A stretch of 64,000 bases of DNA from an uncultured Gammaproteobacteria bacterium. Lineage in GTDB: Bacteria > Patescibacteriota > Microgenomatia > UBA8517. The stretch's first letter is position 1. Each line of letters begins with the position of its first letter. Below the pieces are notes generated by a model, which saw only the letters and a list, made by a program, of their open reading frames with translations, was not told the DNA's origin and ran no database searches. Made by a program: the position numbers and the translations under genes. This document shows, in pieces, positions 17,404 to 27,915 of this stretch. The DNA is taken from contig CAZRGC010000001.1 of NCBI GenBank assembly GCA_964599625.1, positions 115,019-179,018 on the forward strand, given 5' to 3'.

Positions 17404-18924
17404 ATGATTAATTTCATAAAGGATAATAAATATTTATTGTTTTTGTCGTTTACTTTCGCACTTTTTTTTCTAAGGTTTTTCAACCTCACTTCAATGCCAA
17501 TTTTTGCAGACGAAGCAATATACATTAGGTGGTCCCAGGTGATGAAAGCAGAGGAGACTTTAAGATTTTTGCCGCTTTCCGACGGAAAGGCCCCGCTTTT
17601 TATGTGGGTTACAATTCCCTTCCTCAAGTTTATTTCTGACCCGCTTGTTGCAGGGAGAACTGTTTCCGTAATTTGCGGGTTAGGAAGTATGATAGGTGTT
17701 GCTGTTCTTTCATATGTTCTTTTTAAGTCTAAAAAAACAGCGGCCTTTGCATCGTTTTTATATGCCACATCGGGGTTCACATTCTTTTTTGACAGGGCCG
17801 CTTTGGCAGATTCCATGCTTTCAATGTTTGGTTTATGGACATTTATCTTTTCATATCTTGCAATAAAACATGATCGGTTGGACTGTGCAATGCTTGCTGG
17901 TTTTTGCCTGGGTGGAGCCTGGTTAAGTAAGTCACCGGCGCTTTTTTTTGCAATTCTGCTACCCACGCTTTTAGTATTTACTAAACAGATCAAATATCTG
18001 CCCAAATCTTTTTTCTATACTTTTGTCACGTTTCTGATTGGATATGGAATGTACAACATCCTCCGGCTCGGTCCGAATTTCCACATGATTGCTTCCAGAA
18101 ATTCCGACTACGTTTACCCGCTTACGCACGTTCTCACAAGCCCGTTCGATCCCTTCAAAACATTTTTTAAGCAATATTTTGAGTGGATTTTTGCAATGGG
18201 ACCTTGGACTTTGTACCTGCTTATTCTTTTTGGTTTACTTTCTGTTTTCAAAAAACACAAGATTGTTTTTTTAATTCTTGGAACCTGGATACTTTTTCCG
18301 GTCTTGGTACAGTCGGAGTTTGCAAGGGTTTATACATCGAGGTATGTCCTCTTTACCATCCCATTTCTTATCGTCACCGCCTCCTCGGCTTTTTTGTCAG
18401 AGTCAGGTAAAGTTCAGAAAATATCATTAATCGTATCGGTTGTTGGGTTTTTGCTTTCACTCAATTTTATTTACAATCTAATATTCAATATTCAGGCTGC
18501 AAGGCTGCCGCCGGGAGAGAGATCGGGCTATTTGGAAGAATGGTCCGCGGGTCAGGGGATATACGAAATATCAAAATATATAAGGGAAGAGCAGTACCAA
18601 AACCCCGATGAGAAAATAGTTGTTGGAACCGAAGGATATTTTGGAACACTTCCGGATGGTCTTCAGGCTTACCTCAACGATTTGAGGCAAATAACCGTGA
18701 TTGGGATTGGTCTTAACATATCAGAAATTCCCCCACAGCTTGCAGCCTCTAAAAAGGCCGGAAACAAGACGTTTCTAGTGATCAACAATGAAAGGTTCAA
18801 GGGGGATGCTGATAAATTAAAACTAAAGCTAATCGAAAGTTATCCAAAAGCTGTCCGTGCAAATGGAACCAGTCAGTCACTTTTGTTTTTCGAAGTAACC
18901 GACGCTTCCTCTGCCCAAAAATAG
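17404..18924 (+). CDS. GT-C membrane glycosyltransferase, PMT/ArnT-like
   Basis: Loop motif FADEAIY after the first TM helix, about 11 TM helices, and a soluble C-terminal domain. Confidence 0.75.
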   Translation: MINFIKDNKYLLFLSFTFALFFLRFFNLTSMPIFADEAIYIRWSQVMKAEETLRFLPLSDGKAPLFMWVTIPFLKFISDPLVAGRTVSVICGLGSMIGVAVLSYVLFKSKKTAAFASFLYATSGFTFFFDRAALADSMLSMFGLWTFIFSYLAIKHDRLDCAMLAGFCLGGAWLSKSPALFFAILLPTLLVFTKQIKYLPKSFFYTFVTFLIGYGMYNILRLGPNFHMIASRNSDYVYPLTHVLTSPFDPFKTFFKQYFEWIFAMGPWTLYLLILFGLLSVFKKHKIVFLILGTWILFPVLVQSEFARVYTSRYVLFTIPFLIVTASSAFLSESGKVQKISLIVSVVGFLLSLNFIYNLIFNIQAARLPPGERSGYLEEWSAGQGIYEISKYIREEQYQNPDEKIVVGTEGYFGTLPDGLQAYLNDLRQITVIGIGLNISEIPPQLAASKKAGNKTFLVINNERFKGDADKLKLKLIESYPKAVRANGTSQSLLFFEVTDASSAQK

Positions 18925-18982
18925 TTTTGGATAAAAATACCGTGATTTGGTATCATCAGAATTGTACAGCTACTTTTCTCGC

Positions 18983-20701
18983 ATGAAATTTTGGAACAAA
19001 ATTAAATCCTCTGTAAATTTTTTGCCGCTTTTGTTTGTGGTGGTGGCTGCCATATTGGCGGGTAGAACTTTAATTTTTCAAAGCGGTTACTTTAATATGC
19101 ACGATGATCTCCAGATGATGAGGCAGCTCGAAATGGAAAAGTGCATTTTGGACGGACAGATACCTTGTAGATGGGTTCCCGACATGGGTTACGGTTATGG
19201 TTTTCCGCTTTTTAACTTTTACCCACCCCTGCCGTATTTTGTTGGACAGGTGTTTAGGATATTAGGCGCCTCTTTTGTTGACACGGCAAAGCTGACGTTT
19301 GCAATATCGTTTGTTATTTCTGGGATAACAATGTATTTTCTTGCAAAGGAATTTTTTGGAAAATACGGTGGTGTTATTTCTTCTGTGTTTTATATTTGGG
19401 CGCCCTATCACTCAGTAGATGTGTACGTTAGGGGTGCCATGAACGAGGCTTGGGCTTTGTGTTGGTTTCCACTGATACTTTGGACGTCTTACAGATTGTT
19501 AAAAGAAGACAAAAAGCCTTTTGCTTGGATGCTGAGCCTTTCTTTTTCCTGGCTACTGTTGTTGTTATCTCACAACCTTATGGTTTTAATATTCACACCC
19601 GTCTTTGCGATTTGGTGTCTAATGTTTTGGTTGGAAAAAAGAAACGTCAAGAAAATATCCCAATTTATATTTTCAGGACTTTTGGCAGTGATCCTTGCAG
19701 CCTACTTCACTATTCCTGCCGTCTTTGAGCAAAAACTTGTTCATGTCGATACTTTGATCATGGGTTATTACGAATATATCGCTCATTTTGCCACAATAGG
19801 TCAGTTATTGTTTTCCAGATTCTGGGGTTACGGTCCGTCAGTTTGGGAGTCTGGAGATGGAATGCCGTTTCAGGTTGGACATTTCCATTGGATTTTGTCG
19901 CTTTTGCTTATTGCCGCGTTCCTGATATTTCCTAACAAATTCAAAAATAAAAAATCAAACTGGGTATTATTATTTGGTTTCTCATTTGGTTGGTTTGCGG
20001 CTTTCATGGCACACCAGAACTCTACTTTTATATGGCAAAAAATCCACGCTTTATCATTTGTTCAGTTCCCCTGGAGGTTTTTAACACTTTCCATCTTGGG
20101 TCTTTCGTTGATTGCTGGTGCCGTTATAAATATCTTCCCGGAAAAATATTGGAAAGTGGCTTTGGTTGCAATTACTTCAGTATTATTGTTTTTAAATTGG
20201 AATTACTTTCTGCCGGAGCATGGGCGTATGGGGCCTTTAACTGACCAACAAAAGTTCCAGGGTGCCGCTTGGGATTTGCAAAGGACAGCGGGAATATTCG
20301 ACTATCTTCCAAAAACAGCAAAAGAGAACCCCAAAGACCCTCCCAAATATCTGGCGGAATATTTTGAGTCAAACGGTTTAATAACAAACTCTGAGGCGGG
20401 AACTAATTGGGCAAAAATAAGAACAAGTTCTGACAGTGATGGTGTCGTAAGAATAAATCTGTTCCAATTTCCTGAATGGGAGGTCGCTCTGGACGGTAGC
20501 AAAATCGAGGTTTATCTGGATGAATCCGAGAAGTGGGGCAGAATGTATCTTAAGGTTCCCGCGGGAACACACACTGTTGATTTAAAACTCAAAAACACAG
20601 CGGTTAGGGAATACGCAAATATAATCTCATTTATCGGTTGGCTATTTGTGTTGCCAGCGGTTGTTTGGAAACGAAATGAAATTAACAGATATTTTGCATA
20701 A
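18983..20701 (+). CDS. PTPS-related (PF10131-like, YfhO-like) polytopic membrane protein, predicted GT-C
   Basis: N-terminal segment HDDLQMMRQLEMEKCILDGQIPCRWVPDMGYGYGFPLFNFYPPLPYF, many TM helices, and a soluble C-terminus. The ATG at 18983 is preferred over the TTG at 18947. Confidence 0.65.
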   Translation: MKFWNKIKSSVNFLPLLFVVVAAILAGRTLIFQSGYFNMHDDLQMMRQLEMEKCILDGQIPCRWVPDMGYGYGFPLFNFYPPLPYFVGQVFRILGASFVDTAKLTFAISFVISGITMYFLAKEFFGKYGGVISSVFYIWAPYHSVDVYVRGAMNEAWALCWFPLILWTSYRLLKEDKKPFAWMLSLSFSWLLLLLSHNLMVLIFTPVFAIWCLMFWLEKRNVKKISQFIFSGLLAVILAAYFTIPAVFEQKLVHVDTLIMGYYEYIAHFATIGQLLFSRFWGYGPSVWESGDGMPFQVGHFHWILSLLLIAAFLIFPNKFKNKKSNWVLLFGFSFGWFAAFMAHQNSTFIWQKIHALSFVQFPWRFLTLSILGLSLIAGAVINIFPEKYWKVALVAITSVLLFLNWNYFLPEHGRMGPLTDQQKFQGAAWDLQRTAGIFDYLPKTAKENPKDPPKYLAEYFESNGLITNSEAGTNWAKIRTSSDSDGVVRINLFQFPEWEVALDGSKIEVYLDESEKWGRMYLKVPAGTHTVDLKLKNTAVREYANIISFIGWLFVLPAVVWKRNEINRYFA

Positions 20702-21980
20702 GTATTTTTCCAAAAACCGGATAACTATATTAGTACTTCTCTTGCTTGGTTTTTTAATAAGAGTCTATTTTGTCGATAAGGTTGTTGTTGGAGACTTGAT
20801 GAACTATGCCGAATGGGGTGAAAAGTTGGTGAGTCATGGCCCCAAAGATCTTTATTTTACAAAAGACTGGTATTATTCATCTCCCAACTACCCACCGGGG
20901 TCAATTTTGTATTTTGGTTTTGCAAACTGGTTGAACGGATATCGTTTTTTGATTGCCGAACTCCACAATCTTATTAAGTTTCCACCCTCAGTTTTTATTA
21001 TTTATTTCTACAAGTGGGGCTATATACTCCTTCTTAAAATTCTTCCCATAACCGCAGATCTGATTTTGTCTGTGGTTATTTTAAAGTTGTCGCTGCACCT
21101 TGGTGCTGGATTTAAAAAATCCCTCCTGGCGATGTGTCTTTATCTTTTTAATCCGCTAACAATATTTATATCTTCTGCTTGGGGCCAAACAGACAGCGTG
21201 GTTGCACTTTTCGGGATGCTCTCTTTCATATGTCTTTTTTACAAAAAAGAATATCTCTCGGCACCCTTGATGTTTTTGAGTCTTTACTTCAAACCTAGTT
21301 GGGCAATCTTGGGTATTTTTTATATCGCTGCCATCATTGCTGCCAAAGTTGATTTGAAACGATATTTTGTAGGACTTTTTGCGACTTTGGCTCTATTTGT
21401 TGTGTTTACAAAACCTTTTGCTGACGGGAATGTTTTTACTTACGGATACAAGCTTTTCCGAGAGAAATATCCGTTACCAATAGGCATTGATGGTAAGGCG
21501 TCGATATCCGCTTTCAACTTCCAGACAATTTTTTACAGAATTGATATAGATTACTCTCACGAAAAACTATTAGGTATAGAAACAAAAACTGTTGGAATGA
21601 TTTTGTATATTTTGACAAATATTTTTGCAGTTAAAGTCCTTAAATTTTCAAAAGATAAAATGCTTGGTGCCGTTAGTGGCATTTTTATAATAGGTTTTGG
21701 AAGTTTTATGTTTATGGCAACAATGCTTGAACGTTACTTTTTTCCTGGTTTTGCGGCTCTTTTTGTTTTACTTGCAACGAGGCCCAACTTCTTTTGGCGT
21801 GTCTTACTGATGAATCTAATACTTGCCCTAAATATTTTATATTCCTTCTACAGAAGGGGTTCGGATGAGATTGGAAGGCCATTTGTGAATAACAACTTTA
21901 TTGTAATTAGAATACTTTCACTTGTTCAAACATTTTTATTTCTGTCGTTGGCTGGTTCCCTCAAAACCAATAAGGGTTAG
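20676..21980 (+). CDS. Polytopic membrane protein, GT-C-like (ALG/PIG-type mannosyl/glucosyltransferase candidate)
   Basis: YPPGSILYFGF loop after the first TM helix, then about 10 TM helices. The ATG at 20676 is preferred over the TTG at 20646. Confidence 0.55.
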   Translation: MKLTDILHKYFSKNRITILVLLLLGFLIRVYFVDKVVVGDLMNYAEWGEKLVSHGPKDLYFTKDWYYSSPNYPPGSILYFGFANWLNGYRFLIAELHNLIKFPPSVFIIYFYKWGYILLLKILPITADLILSVVILKLSLHLGAGFKKSLLAMCLYLFNPLTIFISSAWGQTDSVVALFGMLSFICLFYKKEYLSAPLMFLSLYFKPSWAILGIFYIAAIIAAKVDLKRYFVGLFATLALFVVFTKPFADGNVFTYGYKLFREKYPLPIGIDGKASISAFNFQTIFYRIDIDYSHEKLLGIETKTVGMILYILTNIFAVKVLKFSKDKMLGAVSGIFIIGFGSFMFMATMLERYFFPGFAALFVLLATRPNFFWRVLLMNLILALNILYSFYRRGSDEIGRPFVNNNFIVIRILSLVQTFLFLSLAGSLKTNKG

Positions 21981-22000
21981 CCTTCCCGCTGTGTTACAAT

Positions 22001-23494
22001 TTGTGTGTGAAAAGTGAATCTGAACATTTGGACCCAACCTCAGAAATTTCTTTGGAAACTGTGCGCGAAAGAACCATAAAAGGCATAGCAGCACTCACGG
22101 GCAGGTATTTTGTTTTATACATAATCACCTTGGTTGCTCAAGGATTTCTTGGCGCCTTTTTGACAGCCGCCCAATTTGGTGTCTTTGGAATAGTCTCTGC
22201 AATTGTTAACTTTATGGTCTATTTTTCAGATGTCGGTTTGGCGGCATCTCTAATACAAAAGAAACAAAAACTGGAAAAAGACGACCTTGCAACAACATTT
22301 ACTGTCCAACAGATACTCGTAGGAATTTTAGTATTGAGCCTTCTTCTTTTGTCAAAGTCCATCAAAAGAATATATGGCTTAGATGATGCCTCAATGATGC
22401 TTTTGTACTCGCTTTGTTTGTCATTTTTAATGTCTTCTCTCAAAACGATCCCTTCAGTACTTTTAGAAAGAGAACTTAGATTCGAGGTCTTGGCAATCAC
22501 TAATATTTTTGAGAACCTGGTTTACAATTTTGCTTTGGTGTATTTTGCATGGAAGGGCTTTGGTATTACAAGTTTCACTATCGCGGTTTTTCTGAGAGGA
22601 ATAACGGGTTTAGTTACACTATACTTTTTTAGACCTTGGAGACCTGTTTTCAAAATTTCAAAAAGTTCACTCAAAAATCTGTTGAAGTTTGGTGTACCTT
22701 ATCAAATAAATACATTCATAGCAGTACTAAAGGATGACGGCTTAACAATTGTTTTGGGTAAGATTCTGGGAGTTGAAGCGCTTGGTATTTTAGTTTGGGC
22801 GCAAAAGTGGATTCAAATTCCACTACGTGTAGTATTAGACAATGTTACAAGAGTCACTTTCCCGGCTTTTTCCAGGCTTCAAGACGATAAAAACGAATTG
22901 GAGCGTACGGTTACAAGATCGATTTTTTTTATAACTTTACTTACTTTTCCTGCCGTTTCAGGTATAGCAATCATTGCACCTGTGGTGTTTGAATCAATTC
23001 CAAAATACAGTCAGTGGATGCCTGCGGTGATCCCAATGACACTCTTATCTATTAATGTACTAATGGCTTCCGTTTCTACTCAGCTTACAAACTTACTAAA
23101 CTCAATAGGAAAAATAAAAATGACGTCGGTGTTCATGATAATGTGGACAGTTCTCACATGGGTTTTGGTTCCTTATTTGTCAGTTAGATATGGAGTAAAT
23201 GGAGCAGCTGTGGGATATGCCATTGTAGGGATGTCTTCTATTGTTGTTATTGCAATCACAAAAAGATATGTTAATTTCTCTCTTTCAGAAAGTGTTGCAA
23301 AACCGTTCTTTGCAACAATTGCAATGGCCTCTGTTCTGATTGTTTTACGAGGTCTTATCCCTCATAATTTTATAAATATCGGAGTAATGGTGGCTGTCGG
23401 AATGGTGTCATATTTAGTATCATTACTGGCTTTGGTTGGACAAAGTTTAATAGAAGATGTCAAAAAAGGAATCCGCTCGGTTGTCAGCAAGTAA
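22001..23494 (+). CDS. Wzx-like oligosaccharide flippase (MOP superfamily polysaccharide biosynthesis protein)
   Basis: About 14 TM helices with a PST-family layout. There is no ATG near the N-terminus, so the start is TTG 22001 or GTG 22007/22061 and is uncertain. Confidence 0.7.
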   Translation: MCVKSESEHLDPTSEISLETVRERTIKGIAALTGRYFVLYIITLVAQGFLGAFLTAAQFGVFGIVSAIVNFMVYFSDVGLAASLIQKKQKLEKDDLATTFTVQQILVGILVLSLLLLSKSIKRIYGLDDASMMLLYSLCLSFLMSSLKTIPSVLLERELRFEVLAITNIFENLVYNFALVYFAWKGFGITSFTIAVFLRGITGLVTLYFFRPWRPVFKISKSSLKNLLKFGVPYQINTFIAVLKDDGLTIVLGKILGVEALGILVWAQKWIQIPLRVVLDNVTRVTFPAFSRLQDDKNELERTVTRSIFFITLLTFPAVSGIAIIAPVVFESIPKYSQWMPAVIPMTLLSINVLMASVSTQLTNLLNSIGKIKMTSVFMIMWTVLTWVLVPYLSVRYGVNGAAVGYAIVGMSSIVVIAITKRYVNFSLSESVAKPFFATIAMASVLIVLRGLIPHNFINIGVMVAVGMVSYLVSLLALVGQSLIEDVKKGIRSVVSK

Positions 23495-24341
23495 AAAATG
23501 TCCGGTGTGTGCAGGCCAAAAATATAACAAATATTGGGCTATGCCGGGGTACTCACTCGCAAGATGTGAAGTGTGTTCAATGGTTTGGGACCCGTTTCCA
23601 CCCGAGGACGAGAAAGGCCAGTACGACAAATCATATTTCCAAAACGATAACCCTAAAGGCGGTTACACAAACTACTTCGAGGGTATGCGAATAAACAAAA
23701 AGACTTTTTCTGATAGGTTGAATAAAATCGAAAAACGTTTCGGCAAAGGTAAGCTTTTGGACGTGGGTTGTGCACTTGGAGATTGCTTGTCTGAAGCCAG
23801 GAAACTGGGCTGGAAAGATGCCGAAGGGGTCGAAGTTTCATCTTTTGCAGTCTCAGTTGCAAAGAAAAAGGGTCTAAAAGTAACCCAGGGAACATTGGAA
23901 ACTGTGAAACCCTTAGCCAACACTTTTGATGTGGTTACATACCAAGATGTGATAGAACACATAAAAGATCCAATGCTGGAACTATCAAGAGTGTATAAAA
24001 TTCTTAAACGCAATGGTGTTATATTTTTAGTAACTCCAGATGTGGGCGGCCTTTGGCAGAAGCTTTTGGGTGCTTTGTGGTATCACTACAAACCCCGTGA
24101 ACATATTATGTATTTTTCGCAGAAAAGCTTGTCACTTGCCCTAAAGAAATCCGGATTTTCTAATATTATGACCAAGAGAACATATCACGTATTAAGTTTG
24201 GAATATATTTTAAGTAGACTAAAATATTATTCACCTCCAATTTTTGGACTTCTTCTTAACCTGGCAATCTTTTTAAAAATAAAAGATCTTTCCTTCAAGT
24301 CTTACACGGGTGAAATTGAAGCCTGGGGTCAAAAAATATGA
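23457..24341 (+). CDS. Class I SAM-dependent methyltransferase with an N-terminal CxxC...CxxC zinc ribbon
   Basis: CPVCAG...CEVCS ribbon, then LLDVGCALGDC (motif I) and FDVVTYQDVIEH. It overlaps the Wzx 3' end by 38 nt. Confidence 0.75.
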   Translation: MSKKESARLSASKKCPVCAGQKYNKYWAMPGYSLARCEVCSMVWDPFPPEDEKGQYDKSYFQNDNPKGGYTNYFEGMRINKKTFSDRLNKIEKRFGKGKLLDVGCALGDCLSEARKLGWKDAEGVEVSSFAVSVAKKKGLKVTQGTLETVKPLANTFDVVTYQDVIEHIKDPMLELSRVYKILKRNGVIFLVTPDVGGLWQKLLGALWYHYKPREHIMYFSQKSLSLALKKSGFSNIMTKRTYHVLSLEYILSRLKYYSPPIFGLLLNLAIFLKIKDLSFKSYTGEIEAWGQKI

Positions 24342-25993
24342 AAGATGCTATAAAGAAGTGGCTTCTGATTTTTGTCGGCAGCCTTACATGGATTCTAACC
24401 ATGTACAAAAACGGCCTTCTTCGTGACTACGGTTACGGTTTTTGGGGAGCTAACGGACACGACGGTTTGTGGCATGTCGCATTGGCATCTCAGCTTGCAA
24501 AGGGTAGCTTGGCGATGCCAACTTTTTCCGGATATCCAGTAAAAAATTATCACCTTGGCTTCGACATGTTGATGGTTGTAATAAATAAAATTACATCCAT
24601 TCAGTTTGTCGATATATATTTCAGGATTATTCCCTTTTTCTTGTCAATTGGTCTGGGGTTTTTGGTTTATAAATTTGTCAAAGAATGGACAAAAAGTAGC
24701 AGTGCCGCTTTTTGGTCTACTTTTTTAGTATATTTTGGTGGAAGTTTCGGGTTTGTCATTTCCAAAGGTGAATCAGCTTTTTGGTCTCAGCAGTCAATCT
24801 CGACTTTGATCAATCCACCTTTGGCTCTGTCGTTTTTGTTACTAGCTTGGGGGTTAATTTCTCTCAAAAAACTTTCGGAAAAAAACAGCCTCGTCAATTA
24901 TATTGTTCCGGTTTTGGTTTTTGGCACTTTGGTAGAAATCAAAGCATACGCCGGTGTCCTTGCGGTGTCAGGAATTTTTCTGTCAGGGTTTTATAGATTT
25001 ATCAAAACAAAAAATAAAGATTTTCTGATAGTTTTTGCTTTTTCGACAATATTGTCTTACGTGCTTTCCAAGATCTTGGGTGGAGATCCTGCAGGTGTTT
25101 TTTTGTGGCAACCTTTTTGGTTTTTGGAGACCATGATTGGTTTGTCGGACAGAGTCGGCTGGATGAATTTTTATTCAGCGTTGAGTACTTACAAATCAGG
25201 CAATATTTTTTATAAATTAATTCCTGCATACGGTTTGGCGTTGATTATATTTATGGTGGGGAATTTTGGGACCAGGCTGGTTGCTTTTTTTGACTGGGCT
25301 AATACGTTCAAGAAAGGCGGAAATCTCGACTGGGTACGTGTATTTACGTATTCGGTTGTCATTTTGGGGACACTGATTCCTATGTTTTTTGTTCAGACAG
25401 GTACACCCTGGAACACAATACAGTTTTTCTATTATTCACTTTTTTTTGCCTCAATCATTTCAGGTGTGTATTTATCAAGAATAAAAAGCAAGCTTTTTCT
25501 TACTATATTTGTGATTTTAACAATTCCCACAACTTTCCAAACACTAAAGTATGTATATTTGCCGCAAAGGCCGCCGGCGAAACTGAGTGTAGACGAAATT
25601 GATGCATTGGAATTTCTCAAATCGCAACCGGATGGGGTTGTGCTTACTTACCCGTTTGACGAAATAGCATCCAAAGAAGCTGAAAATAATCCGCCGAGGC
25701 CGCTTTATTTGTATACAACTACTGCTTATGTTTCTGCTTTTTCCCACAAACGGACATATCTAGATGATTACATAAATTTGGAAATTACAGGTTTCGATTG
25801 GATAGCAAGGAAAAATAATGTGGTCACTTTTTATACTGAAAAACATGAAGATGCAGCAAGGGAGTTTCTTAGGTCGAATAATATCAAATACATTTATTGG
25901 GTTAAACCTCAGCGCGCATTGTTGGGTGAGGGAAATTTGGGAATAACAAATATTTACGAAAACAAAACCGCTGTGATTTACAAAGTTAATTAA
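24338..25993 (+). CDS. Large polytopic membrane protein (candidate polymerase/GT-C) with a soluble C-terminal domain
   Basis: 551 aa, about 12 TM helices, then a roughly 150-aa hydrophilic C-terminus. ATGA overlap with the methyltransferase. Confidence 0.5.
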   Translation: MKDAIKKWLLIFVGSLTWILTMYKNGLLRDYGYGFWGANGHDGLWHVALASQLAKGSLAMPTFSGYPVKNYHLGFDMLMVVINKITSIQFVDIYFRIIPFFLSIGLGFLVYKFVKEWTKSSSAAFWSTFLVYFGGSFGFVISKGESAFWSQQSISTLINPPLALSFLLLAWGLISLKKLSEKNSLVNYIVPVLVFGTLVEIKAYAGVLAVSGIFLSGFYRFIKTKNKDFLIVFAFSTILSYVLSKILGGDPAGVFLWQPFWFLETMIGLSDRVGWMNFYSALSTYKSGNIFYKLIPAYGLALIIFMVGNFGTRLVAFFDWANTFKKGGNLDWVRVFTYSVVILGTLIPMFFVQTGTPWNTIQFFYYSLFFASIISGVYLSRIKSKLFLTIFVILTIPTTFQTLKYVYLPQRPPAKLSVDEIDALEFLKSQPDGVVLTYPFDEIASKEAENNPPRPLYLYTTTAYVSAFSHKRTYLDDYINLEITGFDWIARKNNVVTFYTEKHEDAAREFLRSNNIKYIYWVKPQRALLGEGNLGITNIYENKTAVIYKVN

Positions 25994-26035
25994 TATTGGT
26001 GTTATCGTAATAAAAATTAGAATCGTCTGCGAGAC

Positions 26036-26064
26036 TGCAAACTAGGGCGATAGGAGTATATAAT
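26036..26064 (+). promoter_or_regulatory. Candidate sigma70-like promoter (TGCAAA, 15 nt, TATATAAT) and/or an AGGAG SD sequence for the GT2 operon starting at 26065
   Basis: It lies in the only intergenic gap longer than about 70 nt (25994-26064). A -10-like TATATAAT sits at 26057-26064 and an AGGAG at 26052-26056. Confidence 0.25.
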
Positions 26065-26967
26065 TTGCTAATGGCTCTCAATTTATCGGTTGTAATAAAT
26101 ACACGCAACTCTGCTTTGGATTTACCTGATGCAATTAAATCCGTCAAAAATATTGCAAAAGAGATTGTTGTTTGTGACATGGAGTCCACCGACGGAACTC
26201 CCGAGATGGCAAAGAAGCTTGGTGCCCAAGTTATAAGGCATAAAATGGTTGGATACGTTGAACCTGCCAGGAATTTTGCAATAGAGAAAGCGTCGTCTGA
26301 ATGGGTTTTAATATTGGACTCTGACGAAAGATTGACTAAACATCTGGAAACATTGATATCATCAAAAATTAAAGAAAATTCAGCAGATTTTTACAGAATT
26401 TCGCGTAAGAATATTATTTTTGGTAAATGGGTTAAACATTCCAGATGGTGGCCGGACTACAACATCAGACTGTTTAGGAAAGGGCATGTGATCTGGAACG
26501 AAGTTATTCACTCGGTACCTATGACAACCGGTAAAGGGGAAGACTTTCCGGCAGCCGACGGTAGTGCACTCATACACAATAATTACAGAAACATTGACGA
26601 GTACTTGGAAAGAATGATCAGATATTCAGGGGTGCAATCCCAAGCACTGATTTCAAGCGGCTACAAATTTGAATGGAAAGATTTAATTACAAAACCTTCA
26701 AATGAATTTTTTAGCAGATATTTTTTTGGCGAAGGTTACAAAGACGGTGTCCATGGTCTTTCGTTATGTTTATTGCAGGCATTTTCGGAATTTGTTGTAT
26801 ACCTAAAGGTTTGGCAAACAGAAAAGTTTCCAGATAAAGAGGTTGGTATTAAAGAGGTTAACTCAGTGATTTCTAAAAATATCAAAGACCTTGTATACTG
26901 GCAAAACGATTCATTGTACAAAGAAACTGGGAGCGTTATTTCATACCTCAAAAAGAAACTGCGTTAA
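26065..26967 (+). CDS. GT2 glycosyltransferase (KdtX/WaaE-like)
   Basis: LSVVINTRN, VCDMESTDGT and ILDSDERL motifs. TTG 26065 has an AGGAG SD sequence 8 nt upstream. An alternative ATG lies at 26071. Confidence 0.75.
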   Translation: MLMALNLSVVINTRNSALDLPDAIKSVKNIAKEIVVCDMESTDGTPEMAKKLGAQVIRHKMVGYVEPARNFAIEKASSEWVLILDSDERLTKHLETLISSKIKENSADFYRISRKNIIFGKWVKHSRWWPDYNIRLFRKGHVIWNEVIHSVPMTTGKGEDFPAADGSALIHNNYRNIDEYLERMIRYSGVQSQALISSGYKFEWKDLITKPSNEFFSRYFFGEGYKDGVHGLSLCLLQAFSEFVVYLKVWQTEKFPDKEVGIKEVNSVISKNIKDLVYWQNDSLYKETGSVISYLKKKLR

Positions 26968-26969
26968 AA

Positions 26970-27914
26970 ATGAAAAATAAAAAAATTAAGATTTCTATAA
27001 TTATTCTTACATGGAACGCTTACAAAATGACTTTGGATCAGCTTCAAGACGCCAAAAAGCTTGATACTGCAGGGCTTGACGTCGAAATGGTGATCGTTGA
27101 CAACGGTTCGGAAGACGGTACCCAAGAAAAACTTGCCAACTTCCATATGCCCAACATGTCGTATAAATTTATCGAGACCGGAAACAATCTCGGTTTTGCC
27201 GGCGGCAACAATTTCGGCATAAGATACGCTTTTGAAAACAGAGCCGATTATGTGATATTGATGAACAACGACCTGATTCTCTCCAGTGATTTAATCCAAA
27301 AAATGGTTTCTCTTGCTGAATCAGACAAAAAAATAGGACTTATTGCTCCAAAAATGTATTTTGCTAAAGGTTACGAATTTCATAAGGACAGATATTCTTC
27401 CAAAGATTTGGGCCGGGTTATATGGTACGCAGGTGGGATTATTGATCGCAACAATGTTTATTCGGAACATCGTGGTGTGGACGAAGTGGACATTGGGCAA
27501 TATAACAAAGTAGAAGAAACTGATTTTGCAAACGGTGCCTGCATGCTTGTTTCCAGAGATTTATACAATAATATAGGCACAATTGACGAGACGTTCTTTT
27601 TGTACTGGGAAGATGCAGATTTCTCTGAAAAGGCCCGGCGTGCAGGTTTTAAGGTGGTCTACACACCTGACACATGTCTCTGGCACATGGTCTCAGCCAG
27701 CACAGGAAGCAGTGGTAGCCCGTCTAACGATTACTTTCTGATCAGAAACAGACTCATTTTCGGACTAAGGTATTCCAGCCTCAGAACAAAGTTTGCTCTA
27801 CTCAGGGACAGTTTGCGTATTTTAGTATCAGGAAGAGAATGGCAAAAAAAGGGTGTCGTGGACTTTTACCTACACAAGTGGGGTCCGGGCAGGTGGTTAA
27901 AGCGCAAAAAGTGA
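26970..27914 (+). CDS. GT2 glycosyltransferase (WbbL-like rhamnosyltransferase type)
   Basis: ISIIILTWN, IVDNGSEDGT, FAGGNNFG and FFLYWEDADFS motifs. Confidence 0.8.
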   Translation: MKNKKIKISIIILTWNAYKMTLDQLQDAKKLDTAGLDVEMVIVDNGSEDGTQEKLANFHMPNMSYKFIETGNNLGFAGGNNFGIRYAFENRADYVILMNNDLILSSDLIQKMVSLAESDKKIGLIAPKMYFAKGYEFHKDRYSSKDLGRVIWYAGGIIDRNNVYSEHRGVDEVDIGQYNKVEETDFANGACMLVSRDLYNNIGTIDETFFLYWEDADFSEKARRAGFKVVYTPDTCLWHMVSASTGSSGSPSNDYFLIRNRLIFGLRYSSLRTKFALLRDSLRILVSGREWQKKGVVDFYLHKWGPGRWLKRKK

Positions 27915-27915
27915 A

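Noticed and set aside
17361-18005. 214-aa ORF on the minus strand
   Set aside because: It lies entirely antisense to a well-supported GT-C gene (17404-18924) and has no family signature. It is probably a spurious antisense ORF.
25994-26064. Possible intrinsic terminator or inverted repeat (gtctgcgagactgc) after the 24338 gene
   Set aside because: The segment is not a true palindrome and has no following T-run. It is kept only as a weak promoter/SD candidate region.
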